Shown: piece by piece, positions 18,944 to 27,631 of the stretch | How positions within the stretch are numbered: the first letter of the stretch is position 1 | Layout of the letters: each line of letters begins with the position of its first letter | Source of the DNA: a virus | Length of the DNA: 64,000 nucleotides | Strand: one strand, 5' to 3' | Virus record (IMG/VR): IMGVR_UViG_3300049855_000345 | Location: 3,534-67,533 of that record | Program-made: the position numbers and the translations under genes | Notes under the pieces: model-generated | Database searches by the model: none | Told to the model about the DNA's origin: nothing | The model's input: only the letters and a program-made list of their open reading frames with translations

Positions 18944-20029
18944 TCAGCCGTAAATCGAGGTGTATTCACTGACTAGGTCGAAACAGAGTCGGTTTAGAAG
19001 AACCCTGTCAGCATCCTCAGGTAGTTTGGTAGTAGGCATCAGGACGTCGCGAATTTCAACCAAAACAGCCTCAATTTCATTCACCAGATCTTCATATTTC
19101 TCTGATCCGTGACGTTTAAGTGCGATTAGTCGCGGCGCATCATAGGTCCTTTTAACGAGGAGACCTTTACCCTCCATCATTTCTTTGCAATTGTAGACGA
19201 GACGCATGCAGTGTGAGGCATTTTTGCCGTCGTAACCACATCGTTCTTCTACAGCAGCGCGAGCAGGGTTGCGTTCTTTGAGCCAACTTTGGTACTGATC
19301 CCAATTGTCTTTTGCTCCTTTGTACGCGCGTTCTCGCGCTAGTAGGTCTAGGAAGTTTTCATCAAAACCAATACTCCTAGCTGCCGCCCGAAATTTATCA
19401 TCGTTGGTTAGACCCATCTCTGCGACAAGCTCAGCAATAGTATTCTGGATAAGAATACGTGTACTTGCTTCAATATAGGACATGTCCTCGAAGTTCCAGT
19501 GTTGGAGCTTTTTGGTGACAGCCGACATAGCTGCGTCCATATTTTGTTTGGTGATTTTCGCATGCCCAATGAGGCCGAATTCTTCACGCATAGGCGGTTT
19601 AGCCGGAGGATTCAGGATCCAGTGGCGGTGCGACTTCATCTTTTTGATTTGGCTTAATGCATAACCAGTGAAGCGGTGTACCGCCTTTTTAGATAGGAAA
19701 GCGTCTTTATGTTCGCGCAGCTTTAGACCAAACCTATCCATTTTTAGGATATCTTCAGGTTCTACATGCAGCATTTCTACGATATTAGGGTTGCAGTCAG
19801 CCGCTAATGCCATGAACTTCTGTAGACCGTAGATTGTACTATCTACAGGATGCCCTTTTCGAACCTCCAGAATTTGCTGCTCAAACTTGTGGGTGAACCC
19901 TAAGTAATACATTAATGGTGCGATACATACACCTTTCTCATCCACATCGCTTTCTGGGGTATTCAACCCGTACGCATGGCTTCCTGCTCGTGTATGATAT
20001 ATGGTTCGGTTTTGGACGTTGAAGTTCAT
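18944..20029 (-). CDS. Pol-beta-superfamily nucleotidyltransferase (RlaP/YcgL-like)
   Basis: GSHAYGLNTPESDVDEKG, NPNIVE, FTGYA..Q, YD.K.A.H..RL. Confidence 0.85.
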   Translation of the reverse strand: MNFNVQNRTIYHTRAGSHAYGLNTPESDVDEKGVCIAPLMYYLGFTHKFEQQILEVRKGHPVDSTIYGLQKFMALAADCNPNIVEMLHVEPEDILKMDRFGLKLREHKDAFLSKKAVHRFTGYALSQIKKMKSHRHWILNPPAKPPMREEFGLIGHAKITKQNMDAAMSAVTKKLQHWNFEDMSYIEASTRILIQNTIAELVAEMGLTNDDKFRAAARSIGFDENFLDLLARERAYKGAKDNWDQYQSWLKERNPARAAVEERCGYDGKNASHCMRLVYNCKEMMEGKGLLVKRTYDAPRLIALKRHGSEKYEDLVNEIEAVLVEIRDVLMPTTKLPEDADRVLLNRLCFDLVSEYTSIYG

Positions 20030-20415
20030 TAGTACAACCCGTTCGTTGGTACCTCGTGCTCCTCGCTCGGTTTTTTATTCTGAATGAACTTGGAGACAGG
20101 ACAGTGGTTACTACAATAGTTTTCGTCGTGCGGAACAGGGTCCCCTTGCCAAGCTTGACGTTCAACACACTTCTTTTCGCAGGTCCAGGCTACAGTTTCC
20201 TCAAGTGTAAAGCTTTTTTGAGGTCCTTTTGTGAAAAGGGAGTACACGCAGCATGTGCGTGGTTTGTCTCCTTGTAGAGTTCTCAGGATGCATTTAGCTT
20301 GATACCAGCAGTGGTCGCAGATCTCGCTTGCTGGTCGGGGTTGCCGATTTATAACTGTAAGTCTTCGTTTTTCGAAGTCCTTTTTAAGTTTTTGATTGCT
20401 GCTACGGAAAGTCAT
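20029..20415 (-). CDS. Cys-rich hypothetical protein
   Basis: Multiple CxxC/CxxxC motifs. Confidence 0.6.
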   Translation of the reverse strand: MTFRSSNQKLKKDFEKRRLTVINRQPRPASEICDHCWYQAKCILRTLQGDKPRTCCVYSLFTKGPQKSFTLEETVAWTCEKKCVERQAWQGDPVPHDENYCSNHCPVSKFIQNKKPSEEHEVPTNGLY

Positions 20416-20882
20416 AGAGAGCCAATACGATCTCTGGCGCGGAATAGACGAGACATGACGGTGCCGATAGGGACGCCTAGCTTTTCTGCCATCTCTTTGT
20501 ACGAATGGCCCTCGACCTCCGCCATAATCAATAGGTTTGCCTGTTCCTGCGGCATCTGCGCTAGCGCTTCAATGATGTCTAGTCTTGTTTCGTTGATGGT
20601 AGTAGGTTTCTCCGGCATGTAGCAATCAATACCCTCATCGCCTGTACTAACGAAGCGTTTTTCCATCTTGTTATGTTTGCGGTATTGACTCAGGAAAATA
20701 TTAGTCATTACACGAAGGAGCCAAGCCTTCAGGTTGTTCTGTTCAAACTTGTGTTCAAAGCGAATAGCTTTGATAATCGTATCCTGGACTAAATCTTCTG
20801 CTGAAGCATTATTACGCGTAAGTACACGTGCTCGCGCCTTTAGTACCGAAATGTGGGTGATGATATCTTCTCTAAACGACAT
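20412..20882 (-). CDS. ECF-type RNA polymerase sigma factor
   Basis: AEDLVQDT, NLKAWLLRVMTN, GHSYKEMAEKLGVPIGTVMSRLFRAR. Confidence 0.92.
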   Translation of the reverse strand: MSFREDIITHISVLKARARVLTRNNASAEDLVQDTIIKAIRFEHKFEQNNLKAWLLRVMTNIFLSQYRKHNKMEKRFVSTGDEGIDCYMPEKPTTINETRLDIIEALAQMPQEQANLLIMAEVEGHSYKEMAEKLGVPIGTVMSRLFRARDRIGSL

Positions 20883-20969
20883 ACCTACCTCGTAGCCGCC
20901 TAGGGGTTGTGCGGCCTTATGGTCATTATCTTAGAGAATTACTTGAACTTTGGCAACTTATTTTTAGCG

Positions 20970-22298
20970 TCAGTCCTCTTTATACATACGTTTTAGCTCC
21001 TCTTTCCGGTTATTGCCCTGCTCTTTTTCAGGAACAACCGTGGGGCCATCCATAATCAGCGACCTGGACATATCTTCGCGTAACATGAAGGGGAAGGCTT
21101 CCCAACCACGAACCACAAGCTGATCAACACGTATAAGATGCGTGGCTCGTTGCTCCTCTTTATAAAACCAACGCCATATAGTGTTAGCATGCTCTTTTAG
21201 TGCTTTAGAGTAGCGAACATCGCCATCATCGTTCATCTGTGTGGGGGCAATAATAAGAGCAGTCAGTTCTTTTGTAGCCTGCTTTAGTTCGCGTCCAAGC
21301 ACAGAAAGGCGCTGCCAGTCAGGTAGTCCTCGCTCTGCTGCTTCCATTAGGTTGATGTAGTCAATACAGATTACGTCATAGCCACGATTCTTTAGGTGCA
21401 GTTTTACTTCGGCGGTAGTCAGCCCAGGAACAGTATCCCAAATTGTGAATCGGCAGTTGTTCTTTTCGCCGTGTTCTTTAAAGCGTTGCCACTCGACACG
21501 GCATTTTTCTTGCTCCAGCTTGTTTAGCGTCTTGGTTCGGATCTTCGTGTGTTCGATGCCTGTAAGGAGCGACATTAGTCGGTCACGTACCTCGAAGTCT
21601 CTCATTTCCATCGAAACCAGTACTACGTTCAAGTTATGAAGCCTGTACTGGTTTACGATCATGTTCAGTGATGTAAGGCTCTTACCACCTTTAGCATGAC
21701 TTGCTAGAATCACGAAATCCGTGCAGCCGAAACCTCCTACTTTGATGTCGAAGTTCGTAAAAGTACTTGGAATTAATTTCGGCTGTTCTCCGTTTAGCAG
21801 TTCCTCTAGTAGATAGTCAGAGTTATGGCCTTTACCTATATGTATTATTTTCTGCTCGTTTGCACCCTGATTCATACTAGTCAGGGCCTTTTCCATATCA
21901 AGCACTAGGTCGTCCATGTTAGGGAGCGCATCTGCCGGTTTCATCTTGGCAGTAATTGTCATCGCTAGCTCTAGTGCTTTGCGGGCTTTGCGGTAGTAGT
22001 TCAGCACTCCTACTAGATGGTGCGCATCGTCGACTTTGGTAATCGGTGAGACGCCTTGTAGTTTTAATGCCTCTATGGCTTCCGCAGTGACGCCAGGAGA
22101 CTGCATAAACGTCTCCATTGACGGAAGTTGCGTTGTTTTCTTTATCAGTTTGCTGTATACGTCAAAAGACAGTACCATTTGGTCGTAGGCGAAGTGTTCC
22201 TCTGTCAGTAGGCTGACTAGTGTATTTTTGACTTCATCCGGGCTTTGAAGCACAGACAGCATTGCCTGCACCTCAGCTTCTAGTTTCCAAGTTTTCAT
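20970..22298 (-). CDS. dnaB: DnaB-like replicative helicase
   Basis: Walker A AKGGKS, SMEM, IDYINLM, PTQMN. Confidence 0.9.
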   Translation of the reverse strand: MKTWKLEAEVQAMLSVLQSPDEVKNTLVSLLTEEHFAYDQMVLSFDVYSKLIKKTTQLPSMETFMQSPGVTAEAIEALKLQGVSPITKVDDAHHLVGVLNYYRKARKALELAMTITAKMKPADALPNMDDLVLDMEKALTSMNQGANEQKIIHIGKGHNSDYLLEELLNGEQPKLIPSTFTNFDIKVGGFGCTDFVILASHAKGGKSLTSLNMIVNQYRLHNLNVVLVSMEMRDFEVRDRLMSLLTGIEHTKIRTKTLNKLEQEKCRVEWQRFKEHGEKNNCRFTIWDTVPGLTTAEVKLHLKNRGYDVICIDYINLMEAAERGLPDWQRLSVLGRELKQATKELTALIIAPTQMNDDGDVRYSKALKEHANTIWRWFYKEEQRATHLIRVDQLVVRGWEAFPFMLREDMSRSLIMDGPTVVPEKEQGNNRKEELKRMYKED

Positions 22299-22879
22299 GC
22301 GCGGTTTATTTTCATTTTAGTTTTGGCTACGTCGACCTTGAACATGGCATGCGGTTCGACGCGCACTTGTTTACTGAAGGCATAAGGACACATTCCAGCA
22401 ATAACAACGATCCGAAAACAGTCTTCGTGTATGGTAATCCAGTCACGTATAGACTGCATTCTGTATTTGTTGGCGTCCTCAAAGACGTTGTGCAGCATGA
22501 ATACTGTCTCTCCGTCTTCGGAATCTTCTTTATCGATACGCGCTGCATTTGTAATTTGCACTCGCATATCTTTATGCAGAGCCACTTTCATTAGTTCGTA
22601 AGTCGCCCTGAGAGCCAGGGCGTCAGATCCGACACTGCTAAGAAAGATTAGGTATGGCTCTGTTAGCATATCCCCGGCCATAATTGTCGGGAACCATTCT
22701 TCCTGCGTCTGTACACCTACTTTGACTTCGCCATCCCCTTCACCACCCATTATGGGTAGAAACTGTATATTCAGTTTTGGTTTGCCCCAGGCAATACTAG
22801 GGATACCACCTCCGTAATACAAAGCATCGTCAGGTGTACTTATTTTCCGGGACTCGTACTCGCTTTTGAACTTACGCAT
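22295..22879 (-). CDS. hypothetical protein (possible degenerate helicase loader)
   Basis: Coupled upstream of dnaB; alpha/beta pattern; no intact Walker A. Confidence 0.55.
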   Translation of the reverse strand: MRKFKSEYESRKISTPDDALYYGGGIPSIAWGKPKLNIQFLPIMGGEGDGEVKVGVQTQEEWFPTIMAGDMLTEPYLIFLSSVGSDALALRATYELMKVALHKDMRVQITNAARIDKEDSEDGETVFMLHNVFEDANKYRMQSIRDWITIHEDCFRIVVIAGMCPYAFSKQVRVEPHAMFKVDVAKTKMKINRA

Positions 22880-22882
22880 GCG

Positions 22883-23164
22883 CTACCCGTGTTGTATGCC
22901 CTTATAACCAATAAGTCCCTCTGGCGTCTCCCATAGTGACACCCGATCCACGTCAATTAATTCTGGATAGATCTTTCTGTCGTTATCATGGATGTAGAAG
23001 ATAAAGATTAGAATATCTTCATCCTCCTCGTAGTATGTGTCGTCTACACTAATACCATCTAGTAGGTACTCTTCATTAAAAAGCGTACACTCCCAAAAGT
23101 CCTGTATGAAATCTGGACAACACCCGAGCTGTTGTAGCCCGGAAAAACGCTCTTTTATGCTCAT
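22883..23164 (-). CDS. acidic hypothetical protein
   Basis: ATGA overlap. Confidence 0.55.
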   Translation of the reverse strand: MSIKERFSGLQQLGCCPDFIQDFWECTLFNEEYLLDGISVDDTYYEEDEDILIFIFYIHDNDRKIYPELIDVDRVSLWETPEGLIGYKGIQHG

Positions 23165-23562
23165 AGTAAATCACCATACCTTTTCAGTAACCATGCTATA
23201 AAATAGAGGGCTCCGTTATACCGTAGGAATGCTAAGTTCTCTTTGACGCTTGTATCCCAGATAATACCCACAGATAGGTAGTTCACTCTTTTTATTTGCT
23301 GGATAGTATCCCCGGTGCGTCCCAGTACCGCACGCTTCAGTAGTACAAGGAGCACGAAAACAGTAGTAAAACTTACAGGCGGAAGATTTAGTGTATCCGC
23401 AATATGCCAGTTCCAGATTGTTTGTATTACAAATACGTTTACCAACGTACATGCAAAGTTGAACAGTTCGCGCAATAGGTAATTGTTTATTGCTAAAAAC
23501 AAAGACGGCTTTTCTGGAGCTTCCGGTGCTTTATCTTTTTGTGTTTCTTCTCGGTTCTGCAT
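23161..23562 (-). CDS. membrane protein (paralog of 23571..23918)
   Basis: IWNWH motif, TM segments; start at MQNREE. Confidence 0.6.
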   Translation of the reverse strand: MQNREETQKDKAPEAPEKPSLFLAINNYLLRELFNFACTLVNVFVIQTIWNWHIADTLNLPPVSFTTVFVLLVLLKRAVLGRTGDTIQQIKRVNYLSVGIIWDTSVKENLAFLRYNGALYFIAWLLKRYGDLL

Positions 23563-23570
23563 GTGTTCCT

Positions 23571-23918
23571 TTAGATGATGAAGCGTAGCAGGTATGCAAT
23601 TAGGAGCATTATACAGCATTCGGCAAGTATTTGAATATTCTCGGCTTTGGTGATTCTCTTTTCGTCGTACGGTTGCATGTAATGCAGCAGAGTCTTTAGT
23701 GACTTGACTTCTATGGAGAATCTAAGTGAGAATAGCCTTCGTATGAAGAACACGATGATAAAGGCGCCTACAAAGTTGATCGGTTTGAAACCGACGTATT
23801 TGGTGGCATGCCAATTCCATATAAGCATCATCGTGAACGCATGAACCGCCGTGGTGGCTAAACTGAAGGCATCTAGTTTTAGGTAGTGTCGGAATTGTTT
23901 AAGATCCTCGTTGAGCAT
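23571..23918 (-). CDS. membrane protein (paralog of 23161..23562)
   Basis: IWNWH motif, TM segments. Confidence 0.6.
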   Translation of the reverse strand: MLNEDLKQFRHYLKLDAFSLATTAVHAFTMMLIWNWHATKYVGFKPINFVGAFIIVFFIRRLFSLRFSIEVKSLKTLLHYMQPYDEKRITKAENIQILAECCIMLLIAYLLRFII

Positions 23919-25603
23919 TACCATTTACTCGCTAACGTTTCTGCCGGAGCTGCTGGTACTGGATCTAACTTGATTTCTTCGAACTTCATTCGCCGGTAAA
24001 AGTTTCTTCTGAAGTCTATGGACTTCTTCAGGATGCCGTTATTGGCGTTCACTGTGTACACACGGATGAGAGGTTTGTTTTTGAATACCTGGTTACCCTG
24101 TGAGTCAAGCACATAACGACGGATACGACCTGTCATCTGTTCCTCGCTCTCTACGCCGAAATTCGGGTATAGAAGATGTAGCGTATCCATCGGAGGAATA
24201 TTGTAGTTCTCTTTGATTACTTTTGTGCCTATAATACAATGCAGAGTTCCTTCCAGAAGTCCTCTAGCGTATTCGCTCTGTTGCTTCTGTAGTTTGTCGC
24301 CACCTTTGATAACTTCTACGTTGTACCCAGACATATGAATACGTTGTCGTAGGGACTCCGCATCCGCCTTACGTTCAGTAATGTATAGTGGCTTTCTACC
24401 ATTTTGGATATCGTATAGAATCCACTGTAGTAAAATGTTTTGCACATCCGAATTTGTGGCCAGGAAATTAGCGAGACGTGGTAGGGGATATTGTCCTAAA
24501 AACACATAATCCGGTACCTGAACGCCTGTTGAAATAAACATGAAGTCACACGGCATTTGTTCTTTTGTCGCGACAGCAGAAACCGGGCCGATAGTGTCAT
24601 ATATGGCGCAGTGGGTTTGGTCTTTACGCGTTGGGGTCGCGCTCTGGCCACCACGGTAGTAGCTATTGAACGATTTTGTGACCTTGTGGAAAGTCTCGGC
24701 TGATTCGTGGTGAGCCTCCTCCAGCCATAGAAGGCCGAACGAGTCCTTCAGTGTGTTTTGTAGGTTTTCCCAGCCGCGCTCCGAGTTAAGACTTTGGAAA
24801 GTTGCAAACGTGATCGGATGTACTTTGGCAGAATCTTTGCTCTTTTTGAATTTGAACTCTAGCTTATCTTCCCATTCACCGTTTTTGTTCTGTACTCTGG
24901 TTTTTGTTTTGATCGTATCGTAGCCGATTTTCCCCCAAAGGCAGTGACCAGCCTCTTCTTCTAGTTCGTCTATGTTGGTGTGCTCGTAGAGGCCTTCCCA
25001 GCCAACCGCCAGGTGTCGTACTTCCTGAGCTAGAAGTAGCGTACGCAGCCCGATGTGCTGGACTAGCCAGCACCATAGGACCGTCTTGCCCCAGCCTGTA
25101 GGCGCCTTTACAATGCCATACCCGTGCTTCAGCCACTCCTCAGCAGTCTCTTGCTGGTCCTGGCGTAGCACTCTATTCGGTTTCATCTTCAGGGGGATCC
25201 CCATTTTCGGAGCAGACCGCTGGTCGATGAACTGAAAACCCTGGAAAGTTTTTTCTATTTTTCCAAGGTCACCACGCCCGAAAGCAAAGTACTCGCCCAT
25301 CTCTGCATAGGTAGTTACCTCGAACTCCTCGACCACACGGAGCTGTTTGGGGTTGAACTTCTTACAGTAGTCATTCTCGGTGAACCCCAGTTTGTGACAA
25401 TACTGCTCTAACCCGTTTTTGTCGGTCCAGGGTTTTTTCCAAAACTCGCAATTAGCGCACTTACGTGTTACGTCTGTTTGTTTTTCGTAGGAGACCTTTT
25501 CGAATGTGTAAGTCCATTCTTTTAGGTGCTCCATTCGGACGTCAGCCCTTGGCACGTATAGCATGTCACTTAAATATGCGAGTTTTTGTTTCTCGGTGGT
25601 CAT
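23918..25603 (-). CDS. superfamily 2 helicase (UvsW/XPB-like) with Cys-rich N-terminal insert
   Basis: APTGWGKT, LEEAHH, SATPTRKD, EQMTGRIRR. Confidence 0.9.
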   Translation of the reverse strand: MTTEKQKLAYLSDMLYVPRADVRMEHLKEWTYTFEKVSYEKQTDVTRKCANCEFWKKPWTDKNGLEQYCHKLGFTENDYCKKFNPKQLRVVEEFEVTTYAEMGEYFAFGRGDLGKIEKTFQGFQFIDQRSAPKMGIPLKMKPNRVLRQDQQETAEEWLKHGYGIVKAPTGWGKTVLWCWLVQHIGLRTLLLAQEVRHLAVGWEGLYEHTNIDELEEEAGHCLWGKIGYDTIKTKTRVQNKNGEWEDKLEFKFKKSKDSAKVHPITFATFQSLNSERGWENLQNTLKDSFGLLWLEEAHHESAETFHKVTKSFNSYYRGGQSATPTRKDQTHCAIYDTIGPVSAVATKEQMPCDFMFISTGVQVPDYVFLGQYPLPRLANFLATNSDVQNILLQWILYDIQNGRKPLYITERKADAESLRQRIHMSGYNVEVIKGGDKLQKQQSEYARGLLEGTLHCIIGTKVIKENYNIPPMDTLHLLYPNFGVESEEQMTGRIRRYVLDSQGNQVFKNKPLIRVYTVNANNGILKKSIDFRRNFYRRMKFEEIKLDPVPAAPAETLASKW

Positions 25604-25677
25604 GGTCTTTAAAAGACTTTACCGGAGTTCCCTAAGATCCTCCGGTAACTTCTGTTCGTAATACTATAACCGTCTGT

Positions 25678-25968
25678 TCAGTCGTAACTTTCAATACTCA
25701 ATACCAAGAAAAAGCCGTGACGCTTTGCTACTCGATAAGCAATTTTGCGAATTGCAGCCAGGATTTCACCGCGTTTACCTATAACTTCTTTGACGACTTC
25801 CACAGGTACGTAAATGGTGAGCTTTGCTTCATTTTCCGACACGGTATATCGTGCATTGATGTAGCGGCCATCATGATCTTCAATAAGTTCTTCTACTACG
25901 TGCTCGACCATATCGAGTACGGAATCCTCAAATATAGCCAGTCTTTTTTCGTATTCGCGCTTATTCAC
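25678..25968 (-). CDS. KH-domain RNA-binding protein (KhpA-like)
   Basis: V..LI...., VIGKRGEILAAIR GxxG loop; ~90 aa. Confidence 0.75.
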   Translation of the reverse strand: MNKREYEKRLAIFEDSVLDMVEHVVEELIEDHDGRYINARYTVSENEAKLTIYVPVEVVKEVIGKRGEILAAIRKIAYRVAKRHGFFLVLSIESYD

Positions 25969-25983
25969 GTTTTGTTTCTCCTG

Positions 25984-26835
25984 TTACGCCGCGTCGGTTA
26001 GAGCACTGATGAGTGGAATAAGGCTATTGCACTCAAAAGAATCAAGAAACTGTTTCATGCCTGTAGCGTCACCTGGACATTGCTGGATAACCAGCTCGCA
26101 GTCTGTTCTGAGTTTCACCACTTGGTACATCTTTTCGACTTGCTCGCGGTACTCGGTGAGTTTTGCAGCTGTCTTTTCTGGAATGTCAGAGAGTCGGGCG
26201 TATAGGTCATCTGGAGTAATGCATGTCTCCATTACTGTCTCAATATCGGCCCAGCGTAGGTGCGGTACCTTCGGGATCTTATCGCTTGTATCGCCTTTGA
26301 GCGCTTTTGCTAGGGCCACCCCTTGCGGCTTGACACCGAAGGTTTTGACGACTTTCTGCTCTACAATTTCCTCTTGGGCGCTCAGGATGCGAACCTTTCC
26401 ACCCAGTAGAGACCATAAGTCCTTATCGACACTTACGATAAAGTGTCGTACGCCTTTGTTTTTTGTTACAAAGGCAGCAATCGCATCATCCGCCTCGGAG
26501 TTCACTGGGGTGATGATCTGGCACTTCATAAGTTGCGCCAGCTGTACCAGGTCTGGCACCGGGTCAAAATCAGGTTTTGATCGGCCTTCTTTGTATGTAG
26601 GCAGCAGTTCGTATCGACGAGTTTCGCCTCCCTCCATACAAAAGCAGATAGTGCCGCCGATCTCCTTCTTCAGTTTGTGCACCATTCTGAAGAAACGAAG
26701 CACGTGACCGCTAGGGTAGCCATCCGAGCGTTTGGCATCATCCTGCTCCTCCGACTGACCAGCATGCCAGGCACGCATTACAGTATTTTTGAAATCAATG
26801 AGGATAAAGCTAGGGAATAGCGCTTTCATTGGCAT
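25984..26835 (-). CDS. 5'-3' exonuclease / RNase H (FEN-like)
   Basis: ILID, YKEGR, EADDAIA, SVDKDL, KALKGDTSDKIP. Confidence 0.92.
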   Translation of the reverse strand: MPMKALFPSFILIDFKNTVMRAWHAGQSEEQDDAKRSDGYPSGHVLRFFRMVHKLKKEIGGTICFCMEGGETRRYELLPTYKEGRSKPDFDPVPDLVQLAQLMKCQIITPVNSEADDAIAAFVTKNKGVRHFIVSVDKDLWSLLGGKVRILSAQEEIVEQKVVKTFGVKPQGVALAKALKGDTSDKIPKVPHLRWADIETVMETCITPDDLYARLSDIPEKTAAKLTEYREQVEKMYQVVKLRTDCELVIQQCPGDATGMKQFLDSFECNSLIPLISALTDAA

Positions 26836-27158
26836 ACCTTCAGTCGATTATTGTTTACTTCGTCCTCAAATTTGCTCAACTCCGCTTCTGCTCGACTGAT
26901 ACGCTTTTCTAGGATATTCAAAGAACCTTGAATTGCTTCAAGTTGCCCCTCAGCCCAGCGTTTGTCTATTATCAGCTCTGACATCTCAATGTGCAATTTG
27001 ACAATCTGATCGTGTAGAAACGATACATCGGTGTCTTTTTTGCTAATGCTGTACTCAGACCAGAAGAGGAAACCTACTAGAATACCAATTCCCAGCGTAA
27101 TGACGCGACGCCAATTGATATCATTGTTTATTTTGTCACTTTCGTTTTTGGAACTCAT
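26826..27158 (-). CDS. TM plus coiled-coil protein
   Basis: N-terminal TM helix, heptad repeats. Confidence 0.55.
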   Translation of the reverse strand: MSSKNESDKINNDINWRRVITLGIGILVGFLFWSEYSISKKDTDVSFLHDQIVKLHIEMSELIIDKRWAEGQLEAIQGSLNILEKRISRAEAELSKFEDEVNNNRLKVCQ

Positions 27159-27355
27159 AGCTTTTTCCCTGTAATCTGTTCAATTCGCCGAAGCTCTTGT
27201 GCTAGCCTTTGGTATTTAGGCCAACGCACATTGCTCCCGGCATCCTCGCTGATGTCTTGTACCTCTCTGTTTGAAATACTAGCTGTTAGTTTGTCTATAG
27301 CTTCGAAGAATTCCAGATTCGGATCTTTCTGGGAGGCTCGGCAGCAGCTGCTCAC
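27155..27355 (-). CDS. hypothetical protein
   Basis: Overlapping junctions. Confidence 0.45.
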   Translation of the reverse strand: MSSCCRASQKDPNLEFFEAIDKLTASISNREVQDISEDAGSNVRWPKYQRLAQELRRIEQITGKKL

Positions 27356-27624
27356 TGTCTAACTCCGAACTTGCACCCCATCATTTTTGCGCTAGCTACA
27401 GCCTCTTCGAATGTTCGAGTTGTTACCAAGCTGGTGTTCTGTCTCCAGTTTCGATACGCCCTAAGCTCGAATACGGGAAGCCCAACCATTCTATTTTCCT
27501 CAATGTAGCAGTATTCCACTCTTCCGTCCGCTAAAATAGTCCTACTAACGGCAGCGACGAAACAACCAGTAGCCACGCAGAGAAGGGTAGCCAGAAATAT
27601 ATTGAAGAACTTATTCCAATTCAT
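27352..27624 (-). CDS. membrane-anchored or secreted small protein
   Basis: N-terminal hydrophobic segment; GAGG SD. Confidence 0.6.
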   Translation of the reverse strand: MNWNKFFNIFLATLLCVATGCFVAAVSRTILADGRVEYCYIEENRMVGLPVFELRAYRNWRQNTSLVTTRTFEEAVASAKMMGCKFGVRQ

Positions 27625-27631
27625 AACGTCC

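Noticed and set aside
26009-26707. Long antisense ORF (232 aa) and similar + strand shadow ORFs
   Set aside because: They mirror well-supported minus-strand genes and are codon-bias artefacts.
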